Notes: a model not told the origin generated them from the sequence alone. Positions 1-10,356 are shown, numbered from the stretch's first letter. The stretch: DNA of 64,000 nucleotides from Desulfobacteraceae bacterium (GCA_011391695.1 JAABQB010000008.1:2719-66718), one strand, 5' to 3'. Made by a program: numbers and translations.

Positions 1-2
1 GA

Positions 3-428
3 GAAGAGAAAGTTTACAGCGAGGGTGATATAAACATCACGGTTGAACTGAAAGGATGGAAGATCAGGCCGTTTATCTGCTACGATTTGAGATTTCCGTG
101 CTGGACAAGAAATCATAACAATTCATACGACGTTGCTGTATTTGTTGCGAACTGGCCTGAAAAGCGCTCCTATCACTGGAAAACACTTCTTTTAGCAAGG
201 GCGATCGAAAACCAGTGTTATGTCATAGGCGTAAACCGGGTAGGAAAAGACGGGAACGGCTACTATCACAGCGGGGATTCATCCGTAATCGATCCTGCCG
301 GAAACATAATCTTCCGAAAGCAGGATGAAGAATCGATTTACACGGCTTCGCTCTCATATCCGGTTTTGCAGGAATACCGCAAATCCTTTCCGGCCTGGAT
401 GGATGCAGATGGATGCGGACTGCAATGA
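3..428 (+). CDS. Nitrilase-family amidohydrolase (omega-amidase/YafV-like), 5' truncated by window edge
   Basis: Frame is open from base 3 (EEKVYSEG...PFICYDLRFPCW). Contains the nitrilase ICYDLRF nucleophile motif and ARAIENQCYV. Confidence 0.9.
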   Translation, partial: EEKVYSEGDINITVELKGWKIRPFICYDLRFPCWTRNHNNSYDVAVFVANWPEKRSYHWKTLLLARAIENQCYVIGVNRVGKDGNGYYHSGDSSVIDPAGNIIFRKQDEESIYTASLSYPVLQEYRKSFPAWMDADGCGLQ

Positions 429-1498
429 TTAGAACTGAGCTTGAAAGAAAAATCCTTCACGGCCTTGCTCTGGAATGGGAGAATGCCCTCTATCTTCTTG
501 ATTCAAAATACCGCGAATTGATGCGGTTGCCTGCCTTCAGCCTGAAAAATATGAAAAGAAGGCTGGGATACTGGTCGGGCGATAAAAATGAGATCTGCAT
601 AAACCGGGAATATGCATTATCGCGCAACTGGGATTCTGTAAGGCGAATATTGCTTCATGAGATGGCTCATCAGCTTGCCGAACAGGTTTTCGGAGCTCAG
701 CAGACAGAAACTCCTCACGGGCCATTGTTCCGGAAAGCCTGTTATCTTTTAAGGGCCGATTATAAGGCATCTGAAGAATATATATCCGATGACGGCAACT
801 CCGGTATGATGGGGCGGATAAAGAAGCTTTTTGCCCTTGCGGAAAGCAGTAACCGGAACGAAGCCGAATCTGCCATGAGAAAAGCTCATGAACTGGCGGC
901 AAAATACAATATTGAAATTCTTGCACAAAACACAAACCGCAATTTCACAAGCGTATTTGCAGGAACTCCCGGTCTTAAGCATCCCCGTGAAGAATATTTT
1001 CTTGCCCAGCTTCTGAGGGATTACTATTTTGTCTGGACCATCTGGGTTCCCGCATACGTGATAGAAAAGCAGAAGATGGGGCGTGTACTTGAATTGAGCG
1101 GAACACCTGATAATATCTCGATAGCCTCTTATGTCTATGATTTCATCAGGCGATACATTGATAACTGCTGGACCGAATACAACAGCCTCAACCTTCTGAA
1201 CCGTTACCGAAAGACCGATTTTGCATCGGGCATAATAAAGGGTTTTACCTCAAAATTAAAATCCAACAGCAAGATTAAGTCCCTTCCAGGGAGCGCGCTG
1301 ATAAAAGTCGGCGATCCCCTGCTGAAAGAATACGCTCAATACAGATATCCACGGACTGTATCGATTTCACGAAAAGGTTCAAGCTGCTGCGCAAATATTC
1401 TTCAGGATGGAATAAATATCGGAAAGGAGCTTGTTATTTCAAAAGGCATCACAAAGTCGGGCGGCAGTACGAGATTTCTTTTAGGGTGCAGCGAGTAA
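425..1498 (+). CDS. SprT-like zinc metalloprotease fused to DUF2786-type domain
   Basis: LLHEMAHQ (HExxH) plus HGPLF; IKKLFALAESSNRNEAESAMRKA resembles DUF2786. ATG 425 overlaps the upstream TGA (ATGA). Confidence 0.75.
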   Translation: MIRTELERKILHGLALEWENALYLLDSKYRELMRLPAFSLKNMKRRLGYWSGDKNEICINREYALSRNWDSVRRILLHEMAHQLAEQVFGAQQTETPHGPLFRKACYLLRADYKASEEYISDDGNSGMMGRIKKLFALAESSNRNEAESAMRKAHELAAKYNIEILAQNTNRNFTSVFAGTPGLKHPREEYFLAQLLRDYYFVWTIWVPAYVIEKQKMGRVLELSGTPDNISIASYVYDFIRRYIDNCWTEYNSLNLLNRYRKTDFASGIIKGFTSKLKSNSKIKSLPGSALIKVGDPLLKEYAQYRYPRTVSISRKGSSCCANILQDGINIGKELVISKGITKSGGSTRFLLGCSE

Positions 1499-1506
1499 CA
1501 AAATCG

Positions 1507-2196
1507 CTATAATTTACCGGATCTGAATATCGACCTTGCAATTGCAAGGTCTGCCGGAGTGGTAATTTTGATGTTATTTATGCTTCCGCTTATAACCTTT
1601 ACCTTCTCGCCCAGTCTTTCCACAAGGGATGCGTCATCAGTTCCTGTAAAGCCATCTTTTCTGGCGCTCTCATGGGCTTTTTTTATAAGAGCATAATTAA
1701 AAGCCTGGGGGGTCTGGGCAAGCCATACGGCATCCCTTTTCATTGTCTTTTCAATATATCCAGAACCGTTTACAAACTTTAAAGTGTCGGAAACAGGCAA
1801 ACCGAGAATACAGGCTCCATGCAAAACAGCCTGCTTTGCGCATTCTTCTATTTGATCCGGGCTGACAAATGGGCGGACTCCGTCGTGTATTACAACCATA
1901 CTCTCTTTATCATCCACTGCCAGAAGTCCGTTATAGACCGAATCCTGGCGTTTTAAACCGCCTGCAATAATATCGGTTTTTTTATGAATTTTAAGAGGAT
2001 CGATTATTTCATCTATGCAAAACCGGAAGTCATCGGGAGGAATAACAAGGATAATTCGGTCAACTGTTCTGCACGAATCAATGACTTTGAGTGTCCAGTA
2101 CAAGACAGGGAAGCCGTCAATTTCTATATACTGCTTGCGTACCGCCCCTTTCATTCTTATGCCTTTTCCGGCGGCTACAACTATTGCATAGACCAT
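1507..2196 (-). CDS. ispD: 2-C-methyl-D-erythritol 4-phosphate cytidylyltransferase
   Basis: AAGKGIRM, RQDSV, IHDGVRP, QTPQAF, TDDASLVE, NIKITTPADL motifs. Confidence 0.96.
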   Translation of the reverse strand: MVYAIVVAAGKGIRMKGAVRKQYIEIDGFPVLYWTLKVIDSCRTVDRIILVIPPDDFRFCIDEIIDPLKIHKKTDIIAGGLKRQDSVYNGLLAVDDKESMVVIHDGVRPFVSPDQIEECAKQAVLHGACILGLPVSDTLKFVNGSGYIEKTMKRDAVWLAQTPQAFNYALIKKAHESARKDGFTGTDDASLVERLGEKVKVISGSINNIKITTPADLAIARSIFRSGKL

Positions 2197-2219
2197 AGCA
2201 TAAAATTCTAATAATCATA

Positions 2220-3530
2220 CTATTTTAAATATTTCAGCTCTTTGGGAAGTGGTATTCCCTTTCCCATGCTGTCTTCCCCGTAATTTACACTTGCAAGAAT
2301 CTTTATATCGTTTAAGGCGCGCACATCACCTTCAAAAGCAACCGCAGACATCTTTTCTTTTTGAATCTTGCCTCCTGCCCATTGTATATCAAGAACATTG
2401 CTTGCATCAAATCTGTCTGAACCGACACAAAGTTCCACCTGACCTCCGAAATGCTGCACTATTCTGGCAACAAGAAGGCTTGGCCTGCTGTGAAAACCAA
2501 GGGATACCGGAACTCCGACCGAAATGGTTGAGCGCTCTATGTTCTCATTTAATATTTCTTTCGCAAGATTTTTTCCGTTTGTTAAAAATTGGCAGACATA
2601 AAACAGGCCGTAATTAATAGTCCGGTCTAAAAGTATATTGGGATCCATAAAAGATGAAAGCTTCTCCTGGACAATTTTGTATATGTTCTTATAGCCAGCA
2701 TCATGCAAATGTCTCTCATAAAAATGGAGGAGCCGCCCTATTATCTGCAGAAGATGGAATACCACCGAAAAATAACTGCGCAGTTGTTTTAATTTCCTGT
2801 TACCAAACTGGTATCCACCGTGTATCACATATGTATCAAATGATGATTGAAGATTGTGCACCACCATTTCAAAACGCCTGATTTCAACCTCATTGATTCT
2901 GTCTGGAACAATGGAGTTTAATTCATCAACATCATACGGTTCGAAAAAAGCATACTGATCGAAGCTTGCGGCAATATTCAGAAATTCACTTGCTATTTTA
3001 ACTATATTTTTTTTTTGTTGATCCCTGTTTTCATCGTCTATGTCGTATTCCAGTTTCTCCCCTGTTGAAAGGCTGGGAAAATCGGCTGGGCTGAAACTTT
3101 CTTCCGGCACAGGAATGCCAAGACGTTGCGCTTCTTTAATTATCGAAGGAGATATTTTGACAAGAGCTTCGGTAAAGAAATCGAGGACCACATTCCCTTC
3201 ATTACTGAATTTTTCAACATCGGGAAGATCATAGAAAGGAAGCCTGTTCAAAATGTGGGACTGTGAATAACAGGCAAGGCTCAAATGCCTTACTGCGGCC
3301 GAAAGCTCCCTGTAGTAATACCAGTTCCTGGTGTTTTTTGCCCCGTGGAAATCAAGAAAATCTTCAAGAAGCTGGGAAGAAGATATAAAGGTGGAATAGA
3401 ATTTTTTTACAAGAAATTGCCTGGGATCGTCATGGCTTAAAAGTGACAGGCAGCATTTAAGGTAATCTCTGGAGAAGATACCGACCTTTTCTGCAAAAGA
3501 TCCGTCTATTTTGTTTTCCTGTAATTGCAT
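2220..3530 (-). CDS. Large protein with C-terminal HPr-like phosphocarrier domain
   Basis: C-terminal GFHSRPSLLVARIV matches the HPr His15 motif (GLHARP). The N-terminal ~340 aa are unrecognised. Confidence 0.7.
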   Translation of the reverse strand: MQLQENKIDGSFAEKVGIFSRDYLKCCLSLLSHDDPRQFLVKKFYSTFISSSQLLEDFLDFHGAKNTRNWYYYRELSAAVRHLSLACYSQSHILNRLPFYDLPDVEKFSNEGNVVLDFFTEALVKISPSIIKEAQRLGIPVPEESFSPADFPSLSTGEKLEYDIDDENRDQQKKNIVKIASEFLNIAASFDQYAFFEPYDVDELNSIVPDRINEVEIRRFEMVVHNLQSSFDTYVIHGGYQFGNRKLKQLRSYFSVVFHLLQIIGRLLHFYERHLHDAGYKNIYKIVQEKLSSFMDPNILLDRTINYGLFYVCQFLTNGKNLAKEILNENIERSTISVGVPVSLGFHSRPSLLVARIVQHFGGQVELCVGSDRFDASNVLDIQWAGGKIQKEKMSAVAFEGDVRALNDIKILASVNYGEDSMGKGIPLPKELKYLK

Positions 3531-3566
3531 GGCTTATCGGAACCGCGCTTCTTCAATAAATTAAAA

Positions 3567-3948
3567 CGGCCGGAGCAACCCGTAAGCCGAATTCTGTTTC
3601 CGGTCCGGGTTGCCCCGAAACGGACAACGACCATTCATCTTTGGATGCAGATTGCCCTGCATCTCTTGCGACCTACCCGGGAGCTCGGACGGGCAACCCT
3701 CAAGCACTCCCCTATTTGGTCTTGCACCGGGTGGGGTTTGCAAAGCTTCCCCGGTCACCCGGAGAACTGGTGCGCTCTTACCGCACCTTTTCACCCTTAC
3801 CCTGCAATTAATGCAGGGCGGTATATTTTCTGTTGCACTTTCCTTCGCGTCGCCACGACTCCACGTTATGGAGCACCCTGCCCTGCGGTGTTCGGACTTT
3901 CCTCAGGATCAGGATCTGACCCTGCGGTCGTTTAGATTGCTCCGGCCG
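3567..3948 (-). ncRNA. rnpB: RNase P RNA (type A)
   Basis: Minus strand has GAGGAAAGTCC near the 5' end and AACAGAATTCGGCTTA near the 3' end. The termini (cggccggagcaa / ttgctccggccg) form P1. Confidence 0.97.
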
Positions 3949-3952
3949 GATA

Positions 3953-4669
3953 TCAAGCCTTTCCCCAGTAAATTATTCTCTGACAATGGGGGCAGAATTT
4001 TATGCTGTCAAACCGCTGAAGTTCATTATACATCTGGGGAGGAATATTCATGTTGCATCCAAGGCAAATTGAATCTAAAACCGGGGCAATTGCAGTCCCC
4101 TTGGTCAACCCCTTGACGGTATTGAACTTTAACATTAAATCCTTATCGACATTCTTTGCTATACTGCCCCGTTTTTCATTAAGTTCTGCAAGATCGATCT
4201 CACCCTGCCCGATCTTTTCCCCTATTATCTCTTTCTCCCTGTCAATTCTCTCTTTTGTTTCAAGGAATTCCTTTTTCAGGGCAACCATTCCTTTCTCTGT
4301 AGCCTCAATTACATCGAGGCTTTTTAACATTTCATCTTCGACCAGTGAATTTTTTGCCTTGATGTCATCGATCTCCTTCAATATCGACTGGTATTCCTTA
4401 TTAGTCTTTACAGCGGCCAGCTTCTCCTGGCTTTTCCGGAGCATTGAAAGGTTGGCCTGGTAATCCGACTCATTTAAGCGATATTTTTTTCTCAATTCGT
4501 CGACAAGCGACTTTTTCATTTCCATATCCTGTTCGGCGTCCCTTATTTCTTTATCAAGGATTGCCATCTTTCCAGGAATAACTTCAAGGGCTGATTTGAT
4601 CTTATCAATATTGCTTTCGATTTCCTGCAGCTGAACTACAATGCCTATTTGTTCCCTCATGTTAATCAT
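3953..4669 (-). CDS. Coiled-coil protein with C4 zinc ribbon (DUF164/CT398-like)
   Basis: Long coiled coil followed by CLGC...CPHC. Typical position between nif3 and rnpB. Confidence 0.88.
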   Translation of the reverse strand: MINMREQIGIVVQLQEIESNIDKIKSALEVIPGKMAILDKEIRDAEQDMEMKKSLVDELRKKYRLNESDYQANLSMLRKSQEKLAAVKTNKEYQSILKEIDDIKAKNSLVEDEMLKSLDVIEATEKGMVALKKEFLETKERIDREKEIIGEKIGQGEIDLAELNEKRGSIAKNVDKDLMLKFNTVKGLTKGTAIAPVLDSICLGCNMNIPPQMYNELQRFDSIKFCPHCQRIIYWGKA

Positions 4670-4705
4670 ATCTTCTTATATCATAAAATCAGTTATGCGC
4701 CCGTT

Positions 4706-5824
4706 TCACAAGATGCGAAACGGGTCACGTTCAATACTGCATGCCTTAACCAATACCTCGAAACCTGCTTTCCTTATCATAGCCCTGAGTCTTTTAGCCA
4801 GAGCCCCAACAACTATATGTTCCGATGCGAAATGTCCTATATCAATGAGCCCACGGCCCTCTGCTTCGGCAGTTCTTGCATCATGATATCGTATATCTCC
4901 TGTAATGTAAACCTGGGCATCCGATTTAATGAAATGTTTCATAAGCGATGACCCGCTTCCTGTGCAAACTGCGGCATGAGTTACGAAAAGCTCCTGGCTT
5001 CCTGCAATCCTTATACTCTTTAAAGCAAGCCTTTCCTTTATTTTCTGAGCAAAAAGGAGAAAACTCATTTTTTCCTCTAGTTCGCCCACGCGCCCCAAAC
5101 CATCAGAATTACCATATTCATAAAGCGGATAAACATCATAAGCTATCGTCTCATATGGGTGACTTTCTCTTATATGTGCAATGATTGCAGGAATATCCTG
5201 TTTGACGGCAACCGCTTCAATTCTAGCTTCATCCACATCGGATATTTCGCCTCTTTTCCCTGTAACAGGCTTTGCCGAAGATCCAGGTCTGAAAGTCCCT
5301 TTCCCTCTGCTCCTGAAAGAACAGCAAGTATATGAGCCTATTATTCCTGCGCTTGTTTCAAAGAGCGCTTCAAGAATCTTTGTTTCGTATTTGACGGGAA
5401 CATAGACTACGAATTTACACCTTACGGATGAGTCAGTCCCGCTCAACGCCCTTGTATTTTTGAGGCCAATGCGTGATGCAAGAAGATCATTCAGACCATC
5501 TTTGGCAGAGTCAAGATTGGTATGAGCTGAAAAGATTGACAGTCTGTTAACTGCCGCCATTTGAATAAGGTTGCCTTCAACAGATCCAAAATCGATACAT
5601 TTTAAAGGATTCATGATCAGGGGATGGTGAGTAACCAGGATATCAACCTTGCTCCGGCATGCTGCAGCTATAACATCAGGGGAAGGATCCAGGGCAACCC
5701 ATGCAGTTTTGACCGGCCAATTCTTTCTTCCAACCTGAAGACCCGGATTGTCCCATTTTTCTGCAAGCATGGATGGTGCAATTTTTTCAATTATCTTTAT
5801 AACATCAGATACTGTGGCTTGCAT
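4706..5824 (-). CDS. Nif3-like dinuclear metal centre protein with PII-like insertion
   Basis: WDNPGLQVG, THHPL, HTNLD, HPYE, TGDIRYH and GHFASE motifs. Confidence 0.93.
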   Translation of the reverse strand: MQATVSDVIKIIEKIAPSMLAEKWDNPGLQVGRKNWPVKTAWVALDPSPDVIAAACRSKVDILVTHHPLIMNPLKCIDFGSVEGNLIQMAAVNRLSIFSAHTNLDSAKDGLNDLLASRIGLKNTRALSGTDSSVRCKFVVYVPVKYETKILEALFETSAGIIGSYTCCSFRSRGKGTFRPGSSAKPVTGKRGEISDVDEARIEAVAVKQDIPAIIAHIRESHPYETIAYDVYPLYEYGNSDGLGRVGELEEKMSFLLFAQKIKERLALKSIRIAGSQELFVTHAAVCTGSGSSLMKHFIKSDAQVYITGDIRYHDARTAEAEGRGLIDIGHFASEHIVVGALAKRLRAMIRKAGFEVLVKACSIERDPFRIL

Positions 5825-5890
5825 GGGATAATCTCATCATTTTGATGATCCTTTAACAATTTGCAGAATTGCTGTAGATTCTCAGGAATC

Positions 5891-5926
5891 ATAAAAAAAG
5901 GCGTGGTTTCATGCAACCACGCCTTT
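5891..5926 (-). terminator. Rho-independent terminator downstream of rpoD/tRNA-Ile2
   Basis: AAAGGCGTGGTT/AACCACGCCTTT 12-bp stem followed by a T7 tract on the minus strand. Confidence 0.75.
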
Positions 5927-6021
5927 AAATTAAAAAACTGGTTTTCTTGGAGTAAAACAAATATACCATATTGCGATGACCTTTAAAAATACAAGTCATC
6001 TCCTTTCTCCAATAATAGTGT

Positions 6022-6142
6022 GAGACCTCTATTTTACTCTGTTTGCATAAGACTTTGGGTTCTGGTCTCTGGTTTCATAAACCCAAGTCGTTATTATCGC
6101 CTTTTTGGACTTGAGCAAAAACGGAAGTTCTAAAAAAGTCTC
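6022..6142 (-). mobile_element. Degenerate MITE copy (GAGAC-terminus family)
   Basis: Minus strand GAGACTTTTTTAGAACTTCCGTTTTTGCTCAAGTCCAAAAAGGCGATAAT aligns with the 6253-6395 element. The other end is GAGGTCTC. Confidence 0.6.
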
Positions 6143-6148
6143 AAGGTA

Positions 6149-6221
6149 TGGGCCCACCTGGGATCGAACCAGGGACCGACCGGTTATGAGCCGGTGGCTC
6201 TACCAGCTGAGCTATGGGCCC
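6149..6221 (-). tRNA. tRNA-Ile2 (anticodon CAT, lysidine type); CCA not encoded
   Basis: GGGCCCATAGCTCAGCTGGTAGAGCCACCGGCTCATAACCGG...GGGCCCA. The acceptor stem and position after rpoD favour Ile2 over Met. Confidence 0.88.
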
Positions 6222-6252
6222 TCAACACACCTTAACGCCTGACTTTCTATAT

Positions 6253-6395
6253 GAGACCTTTGCATAGCACCCCCTTTTGCCCGACTACTGTGTCAGGCTC
6301 AAATTCTAATCCTCGAAATACTCCAATGTATTCCTGCGGTTAAAATTATCGCCTTCCTTGTACTTGGCCAAAATTGGACGTTCTTCAAAGGTCTC
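6253..6395 (-). mobile_element. 143-bp MITE with IS5-like terminal inverted repeats
   Basis: Ends GAGACCTTTG / CAAAGGTCTC, flanked by TATAT on both sides. No ORF. Homologous copies at 6022-6142 and 51098-51353. Confidence 0.8.
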
Positions 6396-6420
6396 TATAT
6401 TTGTATTGATACTTTGTCAA
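6392..6420 (-). promoter_or_regulatory. Putative sigma70 promoter of tRNA-Ile2, -10 region interrupted by MITE
   Basis: Perfect TTGACA at 6420-6415. The -10 position 17 nt away falls on the MITE junction. Confidence 0.5.
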
Positions 6421-6456
6421 GCTCTACATTTGAAGGCTTCGTAAAAATTCATTCTT

Positions 6457-8313
6457 TTACATTTCAATGAAGTTTTTTAACTTGCGGCTTCTCGTTGGAT
6501 GTCTCAGTTTTCTTAACGCCTTGGCCTCTATCTGCCTTATGCGCTCACGCGTCACCTGAAAATCCTGGCCGACCTCTTCCAGCGTATGGTCAGCCCTTTC
6601 TCCGATTCCGAATCTCATTCTAAGGACCTTCTCTTCGCGCGGAGTCAGCGTTGCAAGTACCTTTCTCGTCTGCTCTGCAAGGTTCTGGTTTATCGCCGCT
6701 TCGGAAGGAAGCATGAATTTTTTATCTTCAATAAAATCACCAAGATGGCTGTCTTCCTCTTCACCTATCGGTGTTTCCAGGGATATTGGCTCCCTTGCTA
6801 TTTTCAAGACCTTGCGCACTTTCTCCAGGGGAATTTCCATCTTTTCAGCAATCTCTTCGGGTGTCGGCTCGCGCCCCTGCTCCTGAACAAGACATCTTGA
6901 TGTCCGGATCAGTTTATTTATCGTTTCGATCATGTGCACCGGTATGCGTATGGTTCTTGCCTGATCCGCTATTGCCCTCGTTATTGCCTGCCTTATCCAC
7001 CATGTTGCGTAAGTACTGAATTTATACCCCCGACGGTATTCAAACTTATCAACGGCTTTCATCAGGCCAACGTTTCCTTCCTGGATCAGATCCAGGAACT
7101 GAAGGCCTCTATTTGTATATTTCTTTGCTATACTGACAACAAGGCGCAGGTTAGCCCTCGTCAATTCGCTCTTGGCTATTTTTGCATTCAGGCGCCCTTC
7201 TGCAACAGAAGACATGATTTTTTTCAGTGTACGGCAATTTGATTTTACTTCATGCTCTCTTTCATGCACATGCTCCTGGTTTTTTTTGAGTTCATCGTAG
7301 AGAGATGAAGCTTCATCCTTCCCAAGCTTGCAGCGTGACCTTGACCATTTTATGAAATTGCTCTTGGATTTAAGATTGGCACGAAGCTCTGATATGGAAG
7401 ATTCTACTTTATCAGCATAATTCGATATGGTTTTTTCCTTGGATTCGAACCAGCAGATATGGTCTTTCATGATCGCCTCAAGCTTGTCCAGAACACTGCT
7501 TTCAAGCCTCCATTCTTTAAGGAGATCAAATATTTTATTGTTGTTGACCGAAATCAGCTTCTTTATTCGCCGCACTTCGTCCTTGTCAAGTTTGGGAGAA
7601 TAGATTCTATCACGCAGTAACTTGTTCTCTTCATGTATCTCTTTTATTGAATGGATAGCCCTGATAAAATTTTCAATCTGGAGCATTTCATCAACGTAAG
7701 TATCGCCTTCGTCAAAATCCTTAAGGACATGTTTAGGCCTTTGCATTCCTCCTTCTATCTGCATCCCGAGATCTGTGACATATTCAACACATGTCACCGT
7801 ATTAATCAGAGCCCTTAATACCTCCTGCTCCCCGTCTTCTATTTTTTTGGCGATATCGACTTCCCCTTCCCTGCTCAAAAGAGTAACAAGCCCCATCTCC
7901 CTAAGGTACATTTTTACCGGATCAGTCACTGTTCCGAAATTTGCAAGAGCCGAGTCTACCCCTCTTTTTGTCTTTTTTTCTTTTAATCCTTTTTCACTTT
8001 CAGGCATTTTATCTTTACTATCATCAACCAATTCAATGTCCTGTTCGTTAAAAAGCATTAGTGTCTCATCTAACTGTTCCAGGGAAATAACATTTTCAGA
8101 TAATTCTTCATTAAGCTCTTCATAGGTTATAAAACCCTTGCTCTTTCCTTTTGATACCAAATCTTCAAAACTATTTTTATTTCTCTTTTTTAGACTTTTG
8201 GTCTTTGATACCGATCCCTTTTTTCTGCCCCTTTTACTTATTTTATGGGTCTCTTTTGTCAGGGCCTGCTTCTTTGTCTTCTTTCCCTTTTTTTGAACTA
8301 ATTTATCTGTCAT
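6457..8313 (-). CDS. rpoD: RNA polymerase primary sigma factor
   Basis: [63 protein letters not shown]. Confidence 0.98.
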   Translation of the reverse strand: MTDKLVQKKGKKTKKQALTKETHKISKRGRKKGSVSKTKSLKKRNKNSFEDLVSKGKSKGFITYEELNEELSENVISLEQLDETLMLFNEQDIELVDDSKDKMPESEKGLKEKKTKRGVDSALANFGTVTDPVKMYLREMGLVTLLSREGEVDIAKKIEDGEQEVLRALINTVTCVEYVTDLGMQIEGGMQRPKHVLKDFDEGDTYVDEMLQIENFIRAIHSIKEIHEENKLLRDRIYSPKLDKDEVRRIKKLISVNNNKIFDLLKEWRLESSVLDKLEAIMKDHICWFESKEKTISNYADKVESSISELRANLKSKSNFIKWSRSRCKLGKDEASSLYDELKKNQEHVHEREHEVKSNCRTLKKIMSSVAEGRLNAKIAKSELTRANLRLVVSIAKKYTNRGLQFLDLIQEGNVGLMKAVDKFEYRRGYKFSTYATWWIRQAITRAIADQARTIRIPVHMIETINKLIRTSRCLVQEQGREPTPEEIAEKMEIPLEKVRKVLKIAREPISLETPIGEEEDSHLGDFIEDKKFMLPSEAAINQNLAEQTRKVLATLTPREEKVLRMRFGIGERADHTLEEVGQDFQVTRERIRQIEAKALRKLRHPTRSRKLKNFIEM

Positions 8314-10103
8314 TGGGTTTCGCCTCCCGCAGCGTTCAGGTTATTCAATCTCTTTTTTCTTGCCTGAATTTGCTTTTCTCTCAACAGTTCCAAAAGCAAC
8401 TTATCATCCTTTATTTCTTCAGCAGCTTTAATTTTATTAGTACTCGTATCTTTCTGCCGTTCCCGGCAATCTTCAAACTGAGCCACCAGTTTCATACAAC
8501 CATCGTGATCCCATGCATCTTCATTGATAGCAAGAAACGCTGCTATGCGGTTTTTCTCATCATCGTCAAAAACATGAATCATGTCAGTGGTGTGCCGAGT
8601 TCCCAGATTTTGCTGTCTGATAATATCATATCCGACAGACTTTAATATATCATCGGTAAAATTATTCAATACATTACGTTTTATTATTTCCGGTATTATG
8701 GCCGGAAACTGGAGCATCATAGAAATAATCCGTCTTTCAATTCTGCTGCCTCTTTCATTTCCGTTTACGGTAATGGACTCTGAACCGGAGATAGCCTTAG
8801 TTTCTCCGATCCTCTCACGGATTGCGGCTTCATCAATATCTGTTTTTTCAGCAAGTTCCTTTATATACAAAGATCTTTCAATATTATCTCCGACGGAAGA
8901 TATAATATTCTTTAATTCCGATATAATACGAATTTTCCCCTCGATCGACATGCCATGTTTTTTAATTGCTCGGTTTATCAGAAAAGAGACCGAACCGAGA
9001 GCTCCTGAAACAGCATTTTTAAAAGATTCGGCGCCAAATTCAACAAGGTATGAATCAGGATCGTATCCTGAAGGAAGTACGAGAATCCTTGCATCCGCGT
9101 ACCCTTTATCGAATATCTCGGTACTCCTGTATGCTGCCTTTATTCCTGCGTCATCTGAATCGTAAACAAGGATAAACTTACCCTCTTTGCCCACAATTCC
9201 CCTTAACATCTTCACATGCTCGGGTGTGATAGCAGTCCCAAGTGTGGCCACACAATTTTTAATTCCATGCTGATGGAGAGTAAGAAGATCGAAATAACCT
9301 TCGACAATATATACTGTTTCTGTAATTCTGCATTCGCTTTTTGCAGCATTCAGACCATACAGGGAACGACTCTTGTTAAAAACTACGGTTTCAGGAGAAT
9401 TAAGGTATTTAGGAAGTGAATCATCCATGACACGCCCCCCAAAGCCAATAACCTGAGAGCCGGCATCAAAAATGGGAAAAATTATCCTATCCCTGAAACG
9501 ATCGTAAAATCCGGCTGAACCATTTTTTTTTATTATCAACCCGGCTTTCTCAAGCAAAATGGGGGAATGCTTATCTTTTTTTGTCATGTAATTTAAAAGA
9601 GCATTCCACCCTTCCGGAGCATATCCGAGATAAAAACCACGCACAGTCTCTTCAGAAATCTCCCTTTTGAGAAGATAATCACGAGCTTTTTTTCCGGCGT
9701 TGCTTTCAGTCAGGCATTTTGAAAAAAAAATCATTGCCTGCTTATTAATAGATAAAAGGTTTTCCTTTTCACTTGTTTTTTGTTTCTGTTCCGGTGTAAT
9801 TGCATCCTCCGGAATATGTACCCCATATTTTTCTGCTATATATTTAACAGCTTCAGGAAAAGAATACCCTTCTTTTTTCATCAAAAAAACAAATACATTT
9901 CCACCTGTACCGCATCCAAAGCAATAAAATATCTGTTTCTCATAACTTACGGTAAAGGAAGGCGTTTTTTCCGAATGAAACGGACAAAGACCAACATGGT
10001 TTCTTCCCGCTTTTTTTAAAACCACAGATTCGGAAACGATATCAACAATGTCTGCCGCATTTTTTATTTCATTTATCTTTTCTTCGGGAATAAAAAAAAC
10101 CAA
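8310..10103 (-). CDS. dnaG: DNA primase
   Basis: CHC2 zinc finger (CPFH...CFGC), [13 protein letters not shown] and TOPRIM YDSD. ATGA overlap with rpoD. Confidence 0.98.
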   Translation of the reverse strand: MVFFIPEEKINEIKNAADIVDIVSESVVLKKAGRNHVGLCPFHSEKTPSFTVSYEKQIFYCFGCGTGGNVFVFLMKKEGYSFPEAVKYIAEKYGVHIPEDAITPEQKQKTSEKENLLSINKQAMIFFSKCLTESNAGKKARDYLLKREISEETVRGFYLGYAPEGWNALLNYMTKKDKHSPILLEKAGLIIKKNGSAGFYDRFRDRIIFPIFDAGSQVIGFGGRVMDDSLPKYLNSPETVVFNKSRSLYGLNAAKSECRITETVYIVEGYFDLLTLHQHGIKNCVATLGTAITPEHVKMLRGIVGKEGKFILVYDSDDAGIKAAYRSTEIFDKGYADARILVLPSGYDPDSYLVEFGAESFKNAVSGALGSVSFLINRAIKKHGMSIEGKIRIISELKNIISSVGDNIERSLYIKELAEKTDIDEAAIRERIGETKAISGSESITVNGNERGSRIERRIISMMLQFPAIIPEIIKRNVLNNFTDDILKSVGYDIIRQQNLGTRHTTDMIHVFDDDEKNRIAAFLAINEDAWDHDGCMKLVAQFEDCRERQKDTSTNKIKAAEEIKDDKLLLELLREKQIQARKKRLNNLNAAGGETQ

Positions 10104-10356
10104 GAGGAGAAACCTCCAACTTATTGAACTGAAATGAAATATAACGATGGAAGGTCATTAAAAATAGGGCTGGTTTTCAACAATTTCCAATATCCAAGAA
10201 AATGATTCACATATTAAACAGCGGACTATTATCAAAATACCCGGGGCAAACCGTCAACTGCTACTTGCGTAATCAGATTTTGAAATTAATCATCGCAGTT
10301 ATATGTGTCAAGATATTTTAAATATTATTATCAGAAATATTCTCTGCAATAAAGGA

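Noticed and set aside
3525-4116. ORFs 3525-3935, 3561-3794 and 3610-4116
   Set aside because: They overlap the GC-rich RNase P RNA and have no protein motifs; shadow ORFs.
6022-6095. Riboswitch in the hairpin upstream of nif3
   Set aside because: No riboswitch consensus recognised; the sequence is explained as a degenerate MITE copy.
6149-6221. Calling the CAT tRNA as tRNA-Met or fMet
   Set aside because: It has a paired G1-C72 (not the fMet mismatch), lacks the three consecutive G-C anticodon-stem pairs, and its GGGCCCATA start and position after rpoD fit Ile2. Elongator Met is not fully excluded.
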